A program made the position numbers and the translations under genes. Positions 20,719 through 30,186 of a DNA stretch of 64,000 nucleotides are shown piece by piece. Within the stretch, counting starts at the first letter, position 1, and every line of letters begins with the position of its first letter. The DNA comes from an uncultured candidate division Zixibacteria bacterium. GTDB lineage: Bacteria > Zixibacteria > MSB-5A5 > GN15 > FEB-12. The DNA lies in contig CAVTJJ010000004.1 in the NCBI GenBank assembly GCA_963735035.1, positions 704,001 through 768,000 on the forward strand. Reading direction: 5' to 3'. The notes beneath the pieces are model-generated. The model searched no databases. It saw only the letters and a program-made list of their open reading frames with translations, and had not been told where the DNA came from.

Positions 20719-23076
20719 ATGCGTTCTTGGCAACTTCGCTCTCTCTCGTTGATGGCGCTGTTTTCAGCCATCGGCGTATTACCTGCGGCGGCGCAGGACG
20801 GCTTCGTTCCGGTATACAAGCCGTCACTTCAAGTACAAAGGGCGGCCGGGGAGATTTCTATCGACGGGTTTCTGAATGATCCCGGCTGGCAGGGGCTAAA
20901 TGCGGCGGAGAATTTCGTCGAAAATGATCCCGGCAATCAGATCAAGCCACCGGTCGATACGAAAGCGTTCGTGACTTACGACAATGACAATCTGTATGTC
21001 GCCATAATCGCCTATGACAACCCCGCGGATATTCGGGCGTCGATGTGCGAACGGGACATGATCTTCAACGACGACAATGTCGGTTTCTTTCTCGACACCT
21101 ATGGCGATGCCGCCTGGGCGTACACGCTCAATATCAACCCCTATGGGGTTCAGGGTGATGCGCTCTGGACCAACGGTTTTGGTGAAGACAGCCAGTTTGA
21201 TTTGGTCTGGAAGTCAGCCGGCCGGATCACCGATTCCGGGTATCAGGTTGAACTGGCCATTCCCTTTAGCTCACTCCGGTTCCCCGTCAAAGAGGAGCAG
21301 GTCTGGCGGGTGGATTTCTGGCGGCATCACTGGCGCGAAGTTCACCACAATATATCCTGGTCAGCTTATGATCGCGACGAATCCTGCTGGCCCTGTCAGT
21401 GGGGGACGGTGACTGGCATAAATAATGTAACCCCTGGGAAGGGAATAGAGATTATCCCCGCCCTGGTCGGATATCAGTCGGGTCAGTCGACTGCCATTTC
21501 AAGGTCGGGCGGCCAGACCGATTCGCTTGGCTGGACAAATCTGGATCCTGACGAAGAACTCTCACTCAGTACCAAGTATTCGATCAGCTCCAATGCTACA
21601 GTGGAACTGACGCTCAATCCGGATTTCAGCCAGGTCGAAGCCGATGCCGACCAGATCGACGTTAACTCGCCAACCGCGCTGTCGTTTCCGGAGAAACGTC
21701 CCTTCTTTCAGGAAGGTCGGGACCTGTTCCAGACGATCTTCGATGTTGTCTACACCCGCTCAATCAATGATCCGGTCGCGGCGGGAAAGTTCACTCTTCG
21801 ACGGGGGGCCACCAGTGTCGGGTATCTCGGTGCGTACGACGAGCACAGTCCGGTGATAATCCCGTTCGAGGACTTCAGCACTCCCGACCTCCAGGGAGGC
21901 AAGAGCAAATCGAACATTGTCAGCCTCAAACACACGTTCAAAGACAACTCCCAGTTTGGTTTCCTGGTGACCGACCGTCGCTTCGACGAAAAAGGGGGCG
22001 CCGGCTCGGCGTTCAGCCTCGACGGTTCGCTCCGACTGACCAAGAGCCTGCGATTCCTGGGACAGGGTGTTGCCAGCCATACCACCGAACCAAACGACAC
22101 CGCCTTCACATCCCCTGGTTACCTGGATCGATTCGATGCTGATACCGCCACCAATCTCAACAGTCAACTCTTCGATGGCAAACACACCGCCGGGTACGAC
22201 GGGGAATCGTTCTGGGGTCATTCGTTCATAGGAATTCTCGAATATAACGGGCGGAATCTCTTTGTAAGTCCGCAATACTCCGAATGGAGTCCGACGTTTC
22301 GAGTTGACAACGGTTTCGAGCCCCGCAATAACAGGAGGCAAGCCACCCTTATTTCATACTACAAGTTTCGTTTTGACCAGGGCCTTGTCCAGTCAATCAC
22401 ACCTCAGATCAATATAGCCAAAGTATGGAATTTCGACGGTACCACGAAGGACAGGTACATCTACGCCGATCTTTCAACCTATTTGAGAAGGTCTCAGATC
22501 GGTATTCACTCCCAGTACATGGCCAGCAAGGAGCTGTATCGCGGAATTCTCTTCGGTGGCATCTGGAATTATCACCAGTGTCTTTCGGTTACTCCGAGCA
22601 AGTTCATATCGTTCGGAGGCAGCATAGGCTATGGCGATCAGGTTGCGTACAACTACCGGGTCATGGGCCGGCAGACGAGGCACACTCTCTTTTGTAACCT
22701 CCATCCATTAGATCGAATTCAATCCGAAAACACCTTCACTCATCTGCGTAGCGTGAGCAAGGCGAACGGGAGTGAGCTGTTTGACGGATTCATCGTGCGG
22801 TCGCGGCTGAGTCTTCAGTACAATCGGGAATTGTCTTTCCGATTCGTGGTTCAGTACAATGATTTCGGCAAGACCTGGGATTTCGATCCTCTGATTACCT
22901 ATCAGATCAATCCGTTTACGCTGTTCTATATCGGGACGACCTACGATTACCAGAAAGAATACGGCGTGAGCATCGACGGCACAACGTATGCCGGCGATGG
23001 TGAAGATAGTCGCGATATGAATCGTCTCCAATCGCGCCAGTTCTTTATGAAACTGCAGTATCTCTTCCAACTATGA
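20719..23076 (+). CDS. Carbohydrate-binding family 9-like / DUF5916 outer-membrane protein
   Basis: Signal peptide; IDGFLND..W, ELAIPFSSLRF, NPDFSQVEAD, EKRPFFQEG; C-terminal KLQYLF. Confidence 0.85.
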   Translation: MRSWQLRSLSLMALFSAIGVLPAAAQDGFVPVYKPSLQVQRAAGEISIDGFLNDPGWQGLNAAENFVENDPGNQIKPPVDTKAFVTYDNDNLYVAIIAYDNPADIRASMCERDMIFNDDNVGFFLDTYGDAAWAYTLNINPYGVQGDALWTNGFGEDSQFDLVWKSAGRITDSGYQVELAIPFSSLRFPVKEEQVWRVDFWRHHWREVHHNISWSAYDRDESCWPCQWGTVTGINNVTPGKGIEIIPALVGYQSGQSTAISRSGGQTDSLGWTNLDPDEELSLSTKYSISSNATVELTLNPDFSQVEADADQIDVNSPTALSFPEKRPFFQEGRDLFQTIFDVVYTRSINDPVAAGKFTLRRGATSVGYLGAYDEHSPVIIPFEDFSTPDLQGGKSKSNIVSLKHTFKDNSQFGFLVTDRRFDEKGGAGSAFSLDGSLRLTKSLRFLGQGVASHTTEPNDTAFTSPGYLDRFDADTATNLNSQLFDGKHTAGYDGESFWGHSFIGILEYNGRNLFVSPQYSEWSPTFRVDNGFEPRNNRRQATLISYYKFRFDQGLVQSITPQINIAKVWNFDGTTKDRYIYADLSTYLRRSQIGIHSQYMASKELYRGILFGGIWNYHQCLSVTPSKFISFGGSIGYGDQVAYNYRVMGRQTRHTLFCNLHPLDRIQSENTFTHLRSVSKANGSELFDGFIVRSRLSLQYNRELSFRFVVQYNDFGKTWDFDPLITYQINPFTLFYIGTTYDYQKEYGVSIDGTTYAGDGEDSRDMNRLQSRQFFMKLQYLFQL

Positions 23077-23081
23077 ACGAA

Positions 23082-23112
23082 AAGCGGGGCGCCATAGGGC
23101 GCCCCGCTTCTT
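23082..23112. terminator. Bidirectional intrinsic terminator
   Basis: AAGCGGGGCGCC-ATAG-GGCGCCCCGCTT hairpin between convergent genes. Confidence 0.8.
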
Positions 23113-23139
23113 CGTTCCTGTTTCGGGAAGAGTGGACGT

Positions 23140-24213
23140 TTACTTCGTAACGCCGTTGTTATCCGTAATCTCCGGTGTCCAGGGGCACGATTGCCGCCAG
23201 ACTCCAAGAAATGGTTTCTCCAGAGAACTCGCGACCGGCGACACGAAGTCGCCGAATTCGGCCAGCATGAAGCCGCCCTTGTTGGTGCCGTCTACGAATG
23301 TGAACGTACCCTTGAACCAACCGTGGCCCGTACCGCACATCGGACACATTCGCGGGTCATCGTACCACCACGTCCCCTTGAATTCGGCCATAACGTAGGT
23401 CAGGAAGTATCCTGAGACCGAGCCGGAGTACTCGCGGGTGCCGTCATCGTTGGTCCAGAAGGTTCCCGTGATGACGCCTTCCGGCTCGCCGCGATAATTC
23501 AGCCAGAGTCCTTCGATTCGTCCGGAGGCTCCGGAGAGGTCGGACTGGATCCATTTCCCTTCCATAAATCCGCCGGGGCAGCGATCCGGCCAAATCTGAC
23601 GAGAGTGGACCGCGACGGCATTGCCCTGAGGCAGGACATAGAATTTGTCCAGCTTGATCAGCTCGCCGAAATTGAATTCGAGCGACAATGGGGTGGTCTC
23701 GAAATGCAGCGTCGGCGCCATGATGTACGTGATGTCGCGCCGCAGAAATATCAGGAAGCTGATGCCGTCGAAATCAACCGATGTTTGCGATACCCAGACT
23801 ACTTCGGATGGGATGTCTTCCGTGACGAGTGAATCCTGGCCATTTTCGAAATTGATCGTCCTACGCGCCTGTACTACCGATACACCGTTGACCCAGAGCT
23901 TGCCCGACCAGTCGGTGACGGGCATTCCGGGCAGGAGTGAATTGGACAACTGCCCCCAGAGAATCGTGACCGCGTATACGTCGCTGTTCCTGACCACGTC
24001 AAACGGCGGCCAGGCGGTCCAGTCCGCGAGTACCGACGGCACGGTCTTGAGCTCGGCCGGAGTATTCGATTCCAACAGGGTCATTACGGCGCCGGGAGTC
24101 TCTGTCGTCACCGGTCCGACCGGCGTGGTCGCAATGGGAGAGCTGTCTTTATCGCTGCAACCAAGCGCAATGAGGAGAACGGCTCCAAGAGTGAGAGAAA
24201 GGAGAGTACGCAT
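23140..24213 (-). CDS. Hypothetical lipoprotein
   Basis: Lipobox IALGC; beta-strand-rich G/W/Y C-terminal half; CPMC motif. Confidence 0.7.
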   Translation of the reverse strand: MRTLLSLTLGAVLLIALGCSDKDSSPIATTPVGPVTTETPGAVMTLLESNTPAELKTVPSVLADWTAWPPFDVVRNSDVYAVTILWGQLSNSLLPGMPVTDWSGKLWVNGVSVVQARRTINFENGQDSLVTEDIPSEVVWVSQTSVDFDGISFLIFLRRDITYIMAPTLHFETTPLSLEFNFGELIKLDKFYVLPQGNAVAVHSRQIWPDRCPGGFMEGKWIQSDLSGASGRIEGLWLNYRGEPEGVITGTFWTNDDGTREYSGSVSGYFLTYVMAEFKGTWWYDDPRMCPMCGTGHGWFKGTFTFVDGTNKGGFMLAEFGDFVSPVASSLEKPFLGVWRQSCPWTPEITDNNGVTK

Positions 24214-24368
24214 AGACGCCTCGTTCGCTTTGAGGTTCCGAACACCGGGCCAAACGCCCGGCTGACCTGGTCACACAGCTTAATGAAGAATATCGGCCTG
24301 GCGTCTAGAAATAAGTAGTCGAACTGCTACGATGCAACTGTTTTGTAATTGCTCTGTCAGGCAATAAG

Positions 24369-24401
24369 AAAGGCGGGCGACCGATTGCCGGCCACCCGCC
24401 T
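24369..24401 (-). terminator. Intrinsic terminator candidate for the YIP1 gene
   Basis: AGGCGGG...CCCGCCT stem preceded by an A-run (U-tract on the minus strand). Confidence 0.5.
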
Positions 24402-24423
24402 GAAGGTATTCAATTACTTAGGC

Positions 24424-25144
24424 TTAGAAGAAAGTGGTTTTTACGCCGGCCATGACTAGCCCGAATCTGCTGAAAGCCTATCATGACTAACATGGCTAAC
24501 AGCCAGATCACCAACGAGATCGTTATCCCTTTGCCGCGAGACAGGCCGAATATGGCGGCATATCCCAATCCGCCCACGATGACTCCCCATATAGCGAACA
24601 GATCGGCGTAGTAAAGAAGCGAGTACATGAAAGATGTGAAATCTTTGCCCGGCATCAAGGCGGCTAGACCAACGGATACGTAGATGCTATCTTTAGCTAC
24701 TATCAGAACGGATCTGATCACACCGCCAATCATAGGAATCAACCCGGTTAACAGACCTACCGCCCAAACATGGCTATAGAGCGCCTTCTTGCCAAATAGG
24801 AAACTTCCGAACATCCAGGCCAGCAAGGCGCCAATCAACGAAATGATCACATACACGATTGGTCCGGCGATTAAGGCACCCACCGGGCTGGGATTCTGGG
24901 CAGAGGCTCGCATCTGTTCCATTATCGCAGGGGGAAGGGTGGAAGTACTGAGCAATTCAGCCTGGGCCTGGGCGTTCTGCTTGTAGGGCAGACCACCGGC
25001 GACTGCCATCAGAATCATACACAAAATCAGCGGGACTACCCAGGTCGGTTTCTGTTTGAAATCATCGAGGGCCTTCACCGGCGCGAAAAATATGTCGCCA
25101 ATGATTGCCCAGATACTCCTTGACGCCACGGGAACAGTATCCAT
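24424..25144 (-). CDS. YIP1 family membrane protein (probable +1 frameshift near the 3' end, ~24465)
   Basis: IFFAPVKALDDFKQKPTW, DLFAIW; deleting one base gives a hydrophobic end FGLVMAGVKTTFF* (TAA 24424-24426). Confidence 0.75.
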
Positions 25145-25403
25145 TACTTCGACTCCTGAATTTGGTTCACATACTGAAAGGTTCGTCAGTCTGGCAAGGT
25201 GCGACATCAAAATACCGGTTTCGATAGCGGCGATACAAGTCTTTATGTCGCACACTGCCCACTACGGCAATTACTACGAAACGGCCGAAGTATTCGACCA
25301 CTATTTTTGCGCTAGATGCGGCCCCTGTTCCACACCGTTGCCCACTGCAGGAGCTCGTCGTAACTAATTGAATAGTAATTGATTGCCGGGCTTGAATACC
25401 AAC

Positions 25404-26144
25404 ATGACAGATTTCGAACTGGCGGTAATTGCTGATGTCCATGGCAATCGATGGGCGCTTGAAGCCGTCCTGCGGGACATGGACCATCGGGGCATCCGTC
25501 GGTTTGTCAACCTGGGCGACTGCGTCTACGGACCGCTCGATCCTGCCGGCACGGCCGATCTGCTGATGTCGCTCCGCCAGCGGACTGTGCGCGGCAATGA
25601 GGATCGCATTATCACTGACGAATCAATATCGGATATATCATCGCCCACCCTGGCTTTCACGCGCGACCTGCTCAACGACCGCCACAAACTGTGGCTGGCC
25701 GGGCTGGCGCTTTCTATGACTATCGAGCCGGATGTCTTCTATTTTCACGGTACGCCTGATCGCGACGATCAGTATCTGCTTCGCGAGGTCACCCCGGAAG
25801 GACTACGAGACCGCTCGCCCGAGGGAATAGCCTCTTTACTTGATGGCATCAACTACCGATTGATTCTTTGTGGGCACGATCACACTCCGGGGGCGCTGAC
25901 ACTTCCGGATGGGCGATTGGTAGTGAATCCGGGAAGTGTCGGCCTTCAGGCTTACACCGATGATCAACCGCATCATCATGTAGTCAGTAATCACTCGCCG
26001 CACGCGCGGTATGCAATCGTGAAACGAACCGAATCCGTCTGGACCGCAAATCACGTTCAAGTTGAATACGATTGGACCGCCGCCGCCGAATTGGCCACTG
26101 AAAACGGCCGCCCTGACTGGGCGAACTGGCTCCGACGAGGGTAG
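25404..26144 (+). CDS. Metallophosphoesterase family protein
   Basis: DVHGN, GDCVYG, RGNED, HG, GHDH, NPGSVG. Confidence 0.9.
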   Translation: MTDFELAVIADVHGNRWALEAVLRDMDHRGIRRFVNLGDCVYGPLDPAGTADLLMSLRQRTVRGNEDRIITDESISDISSPTLAFTRDLLNDRHKLWLAGLALSMTIEPDVFYFHGTPDRDDQYLLREVTPEGLRDRSPEGIASLLDGINYRLILCGHDHTPGALTLPDGRLVVNPGSVGLQAYTDDQPHHHVVSNHSPHARYAIVKRTESVWTANHVQVEYDWTAAAELATENGRPDWANWLRRG

Positions 26145-26476
26145 GGAGGGGACCTGACACGAAGCGGGTTGCGTCAGGTCCTGCCCGAGAACGCCGAAGG
26201 CGGTATCGGGTGTGACCTGACGCTTCAAGTCACCCTGCGCTTGTCGAAGGGTGACTTGAAGCACCGTTTCGTCATTCCTGCGAAGGCAGGAACCCAGACA
26301 AGCTGGACGGTCACTGTGGTTGGTGTTCGATAGAAGTCCCGTTTCGAGCAACTCTTCTGACATCAATGCTCTCTTCATGGCGATCTTGGCTGGGCCCCCG
26401 ACGCCTCGGGGGTGACGGCCTTTCGGCCGTATGCGCTAGTGTGGTCGGCAGAGCCTGCCCCCGACTTGATCGGGGG
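26141..26476. repeat. Patchwork of at least five palindromic repeat types
   Basis: GCGTCAGGTC..GACCTGACGC (26171-26223); CTTCAAGTCACCCTGCGCTTGTCGAAGGGTGACTTGAAG; GTCATTCCTGCGAAGGCAGGAACCCAGAC; TGGGCCCCCGACGCCTCGGGGGTGACGGCC; GCCTGCCCCCGACTTGATCGGGGG. Confidence 0.8.
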
Positions 26477-26571
26477 CCTCGTCTGACCCCTGATCCGGCG
26501 CTCCTTAGCTTGCGGGTGGGGTTGTTTCCGGCTATGTTACTCGTAGATCCTAACCTTGAAAGCAGGTCCCC

Positions 26572-27241
26572 ATGACCGCGCGCATAAATGTCAACGAAAA
26601 GGTCCTCAAAGAAAATGACCGCATCGCCGCCGAAATCAGACAGCAACTGTCCGAGCGCGGCATCCTCAGTCTGAACCTGGTCAGCTCACCCGGTTCCGGG
26701 AAGACTTCCCTGCTGGAGCGTACTTTTCGCGAGTTGAGCCGTCACCTCACCATGGCCGGGATAGCCGGCGACGTTCAAACCGAGAACGACGCCCGCCGTC
26801 TCGAAGCGGCCGGGGCGCGTCTGGTGCGGCCGATTGTCACCGGCGGGACCTGTCATCTCGACGCCCGTATGGTGCAGCAGGCGATGACCGGGCTGGACTC
26901 TGTCGAGCTGTGATGTTCTCTTTGTCGAGAATGTCGGCAACCTGGTGTGTCCGTCGAGTTACGACCTTGGCGAGGACATGAAAGTTGTGTTGATCAGCAC
27001 GACCGAAGGGGATGACAAGCCGTTGAAATATCCCGCGATGTTTCGGCGGTCGTCGGTGATGGTCATCAACAAGATCGACCTGATGGGGCTGTCGGATTTC
27101 GATCTAGACCGGGTGAAGAAGAACGCTCGGCAAATCAACGGCGATCTGGAGATTATTGAAGTTTCCTGCCGTCAGGGGATAGGGTTGCAAGACTGGTACG
27201 CCTGGCTGACGAAGACGGCGGCTGCGAAGAAGCAGCGGTAA
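26572..27241 (+). CDS. hypB: Hydrogenase nickel incorporation GTPase HypB, one +1 frameshift at ~26911
   Basis: SSPGSGKTSLLE, GGTCHLDA; removing one T gives ELDVLFVENVGNLVCPSSYDLGE; EGDDKPLKYP; NKIDL. Confidence 0.93.
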
Positions 27242-27259
27242 TTATCTCATGATGATCTT

Positions 27260-27548
27260 GTAGGTCGAAACCAGACGGTTTCGGGGCGGCGAGAAGAGAA
27301 GTTGTATCCAAAACGGCCGTAAGGCCGTCACCCCCGAGAAGTCGGGGGCCCATGGGATGCCGCGATGGAAGGAATGCGAAGGCGACGATAGGACATCAGG
27401 TCGCAAAGTCTTCTCATAATAATATCAAGGAGGTGTGCCGAACGAAGATCCTGCAGAACGGTGTCCCAATAGTCAGCGGTTCAGTTTTTGCGGTTGCGAG
27501 TGGTCATGGGTGCCCGACTACTCGGGCATGATGGGGCTGACGCCGCGT
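27260..27548. repeat. Composite palindromic repeat element, copy 2 (inverted relative to 11841-12150)
   Basis: GTAGGTCGAAACCAG...GGCCGTCACCCCCGAGAAGTCGGGGGCCCATGGG...TGCGGTTGCGAGTGGTCATGGGTGCCCGACTACTCGGGCATGA. Confidence 0.85.
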
Positions 27549-27649
27549 TCCCTCATCAATACCCACCCGGCCCAGCGCAAGCGCTGGGGCGCCGATCCCT
27601 TCAATCCCACCCGCAGGAGGGTGGGCCACCCGAGCGAAGCGCTATCTTC

Positions 27650-27819
27650 GTTATTCCTGCGGCGGCAGGAACCCAGACAAGATAGCTATGGATGCGACGG
27701 AGTCTTCATAGATGAAGCCCCAACAGGTGTAAATAGCATCTTACTATGTTAATGCAACGCGTCAGGTCACACCGTCTCGCCCGCTTTCAGCGGCCGAGTC
27801 GGCAAGACCTGACGCAACC
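27650..27819. repeat. Further repeat copies shared with the 26141-26476 patch
   Basis: GTTATTCCTGCGGCGGCAGGAACCCAGACAAG (direct copy of 26271) and GCGTCAGGTCACACC...GACCTGACGCAACC (inverted copy of 26167-26223). Confidence 0.75.
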
Positions 27820-27834
27820 TCACTCCACCCACTC

Positions 27835-28848
27835 TCAGCAAATACGCGGCAATTGCTCGCCGGTGAACATCTCGATCACGCGGTCGACACCGGTCGAAGT
27901 AGTCAGCGTGACGATGCCATCAGTCTTGTTGGTGACTTCGCCGATGATTTGCGCGTCGGCTCCAAGGGGATGTTTGCGAAGTGTCGATAGTGATCGGTCT
28001 GTGTCTGATGCGGCCACAATCACAATGAACCGCCCTTCGTTGGCGACAAACATCGGATCGAGTCCCAATATCTCACATGCTCCGGCGACAGCTTCGCCGA
28101 CCGGTATCTGATCTTCCGAAATGTGAATCCGTCGCTTCGAAGTCTCTGCTATCTCCACCAGTGCCGATGCCAGTCCGCCGCGGGTGAGATCGCGCATGCA
28201 ATGAACATCAACACCGCTCTGAAGCAGGTCGCTCACGATGCTATTCAGTGAAGCACAATCGCTTTGTATAGTCGTTTCAAATGTCAGTCCTTCGCGCAGA
28301 GCCATGACCGCGATGCCGTGGCGGCCGATGTCACCGCTCAGGATAACCTTGTCTCCGGGGCGAATCTGTCGCGGGCCGATTAAGCGACCGTTGTTGACTG
28401 CACCTACACCGGAGGTGTTGATGTACATCTGGTCGGCCTTGCCATGCTCGACAACTTTGGTGTCGCCCGTGACAATTCGCACTCCCGCCTCGCGTGCTGT
28501 TGCGGCCATCGATGCGACAACCCGTCGCAAGACCTCAATCTCCAAACCTTCTTCGAGAATGAATCCAGCGGATAGATATAACGGTTTCGCGCCGCACATG
28601 GCGAGATCGTTAACCGTTCCACAGATTGCCAACTTACCAATATCACCGCCGGGGAAGAAGAGCGGTCGGATGACAAACGAATCGGTCGTGTAGGCCAGGC
28701 GTGACGAAGGAACGTTGAATACGACACCGTCGTGGGAGGCGTCAAATTCGGAATCGCCGAATGCCGGGGCGAATATTTCGTAAATCAACTGCCACGACAG
28801 GCGGCCGCCGCCGCCATGGGCCATCAGGATGCGAGATTTGTCGGTCAC
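27835..28848 (-). CDS. hypE: Hydrogenase maturation carbamoyl dehydratase HypE
   Basis: HGGGG, TTDSFV, GGDIGKLAICGTVNDLAM, RDLTRGG, C-terminal LPRIC. Confidence 0.96.
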   Translation of the reverse strand: MTDKSRILMAHGGGGRLSWQLIYEIFAPAFGDSEFDASHDGVVFNVPSSRLAYTTDSFVIRPLFFPGGDIGKLAICGTVNDLAMCGAKPLYLSAGFILEEGLEIEVLRRVVASMAATAREAGVRIVTGDTKVVEHGKADQMYINTSGVGAVNNGRLIGPRQIRPGDKVILSGDIGRHGIAVMALREGLTFETTIQSDCASLNSIVSDLLQSGVDVHCMRDLTRGGLASALVEIAETSKRRIHISEDQIPVGEAVAGACEILGLDPMFVANEGRFIVIVAASDTDRSLSTLRKHPLGADAQIIGEVTNKTDGIVTLTTSTGVDRVIEMFTGEQLPRIC

Positions 28849-29933
28849 AATTGCCTCTCCCGGTAACGATAATAGGCGGCACAGGCGCCTTCCGATGACA
28901 CCATGCAGGGGCCGGTCGGTGAATCAGGTGTGCAGGTGGTAGCGAAATACGGGCACTCGACCGGTTTGATAGAACCTGCCAGCACCTGACCGCAGTAGGC
29001 ATCGCCCGCAGCAGTCGTACCAACTCTTGGGTGGAAGCGTGCGAAGGCATCGAATCGCTTGTATGCATCTCGAAGCGCATATCCGCTCAGCGGAATCATC
29101 CCGAGGCCGCGCCAGTTGCGGTCGACCGGATAGAAGACCTGCTCTACTCGCTCCATCGCGAGCGTGTTGCCTTCGAGCTGGACCGCGCGACAATACTGAT
29201 TCTGCAATTCCGCCCGTCCCTGCTCCAACTGCTCCACCGCCATGTAGATCCCCTGAAGCAGGTCCACCGGCTCGAAACCGGTGATAACAATCGGTACCCG
29301 GTATTTCATCGCGAGTTGAGCATACTCTTCGGCCCCTGTCACAGTGCACACATGGCCGGGCGCCAGGAAGGCATTGACCAGGCGCGGTTGCATTTCGAGT
29401 ATGGCGCGCATGGCGGGTGGAATAAGTACTTGAGCAGGTAGTATCGAGAAGTTCTGCAGTTGTTCGTCTTCGGCCTGAAGCACCGCAGTCGCGATTACCG
29501 GCGCTGTCGTCTCGAATCCTATAGCAAAGAACACTACCTGCCTTTCCGGACACTTCCTGGCCAGTGTGACTGCCTCAAGCGGTGAATAGACCATACGTAT
29601 GTCGCCGCCGCGCGCGCGGGCATCCATCAGCGTGCCATTCGCACCGGGGACACGGAGCATATCGCCGAAGGTGCAGAAGATTACTTCCGGACGTAGCGAG
29701 ATCTCGATAGCCTGATCAACGGTCTCGGCAGGTGTCACACACACCGGGCAGCCGGGGCCATGGATGAGCGTGATATTACTCGGCAAACGGCGGTCGATGC
29801 CGTGCTTGAGCAGGGAGTGGGTCTGTCCGCCGCAGACTTCCATGATCTTCCAGTGACCATGCGTCCTGGCGGCGATCATCTCCAGATGGCGGTCGATCAG
29901 ATCGCGCCGCCGATATTCTTCAAGGTGTTTCAC
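28845..29933 (-). CDS. hypD: Hydrogenase formation protein HypD
   Basis: MEVCGGQTH, GPGCPVCVT, GFETT, PGHV, CMVSSEGACAAYY. Confidence 0.96.
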   Translation of the reverse strand: MKHLEEYRRRDLIDRHLEMIAARTHGHWKIMEVCGGQTHSLLKHGIDRRLPSNITLIHGPGCPVCVTPAETVDQAIEISLRPEVIFCTFGDMLRVPGANGTLMDARARGGDIRMVYSPLEAVTLARKCPERQVVFFAIGFETTAPVIATAVLQAEDEQLQNFSILPAQVLIPPAMRAILEMQPRLVNAFLAPGHVCTVTGAEEYAQLAMKYRVPIVITGFEPVDLLQGIYMAVEQLEQGRAELQNQYCRAVQLEGNTLAMERVEQVFYPVDRNWRGLGMIPLSGYALRDAYKRFDAFARFHPRVGTTAAGDAYCGQVLAGSIKPVECPYFATTCTPDSPTGPCMVSSEGACAAYYRYRERQL

Positions 29934-30184
29934 GCCTCTTCATCCGATGAATCGGTCTGTTCGGCGATCTGCCGCAGGTAATCAAGAGTGATCCGGGCCT
30001 GTTCTTCGTCGAGGACGTTCAGCGCGAACCCGGCATGAACGATGACATAGTCGCCGATCTTCGCTTCGGGCACACAGGACAGGCTGACCTCGCGGACTAT
30101 GCCCCCGAACTCCACGCGCCCGCTTCGCACAATGGAGTCCTGACCTTCGATACTGATTATCTTACCGGGCACCGCGAGGCACAT
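29930..30184 (-). CDS. hypC: Hydrogenase assembly chaperone HypC
   Basis: MCLAVPG, GDYVIVHAGFA. Confidence 0.96.
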   Translation of the reverse strand: MCLAVPGKIISIEGQDSIVRSGRVEFGGIVREVSLSCVPEAKIGDYVIVHAGFALNVLDEEQARITLDYLRQIAEQTDSSDEEA

Positions 30185-30186
30185 GG

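Noticed and set aside
26908..26916. TGA inside hypB as possible selenocysteine
   Set aside because: The coding sequence continues in another frame; removing one T restores ELDVLFVEN, and the position is not a Cys site
26141..27819. Repeat clusters as a CRISPR array or integron attC sites
   Set aside because: No regularly spaced identical direct repeats, no cas or integrase genes; the repeats are mixed palindrome types
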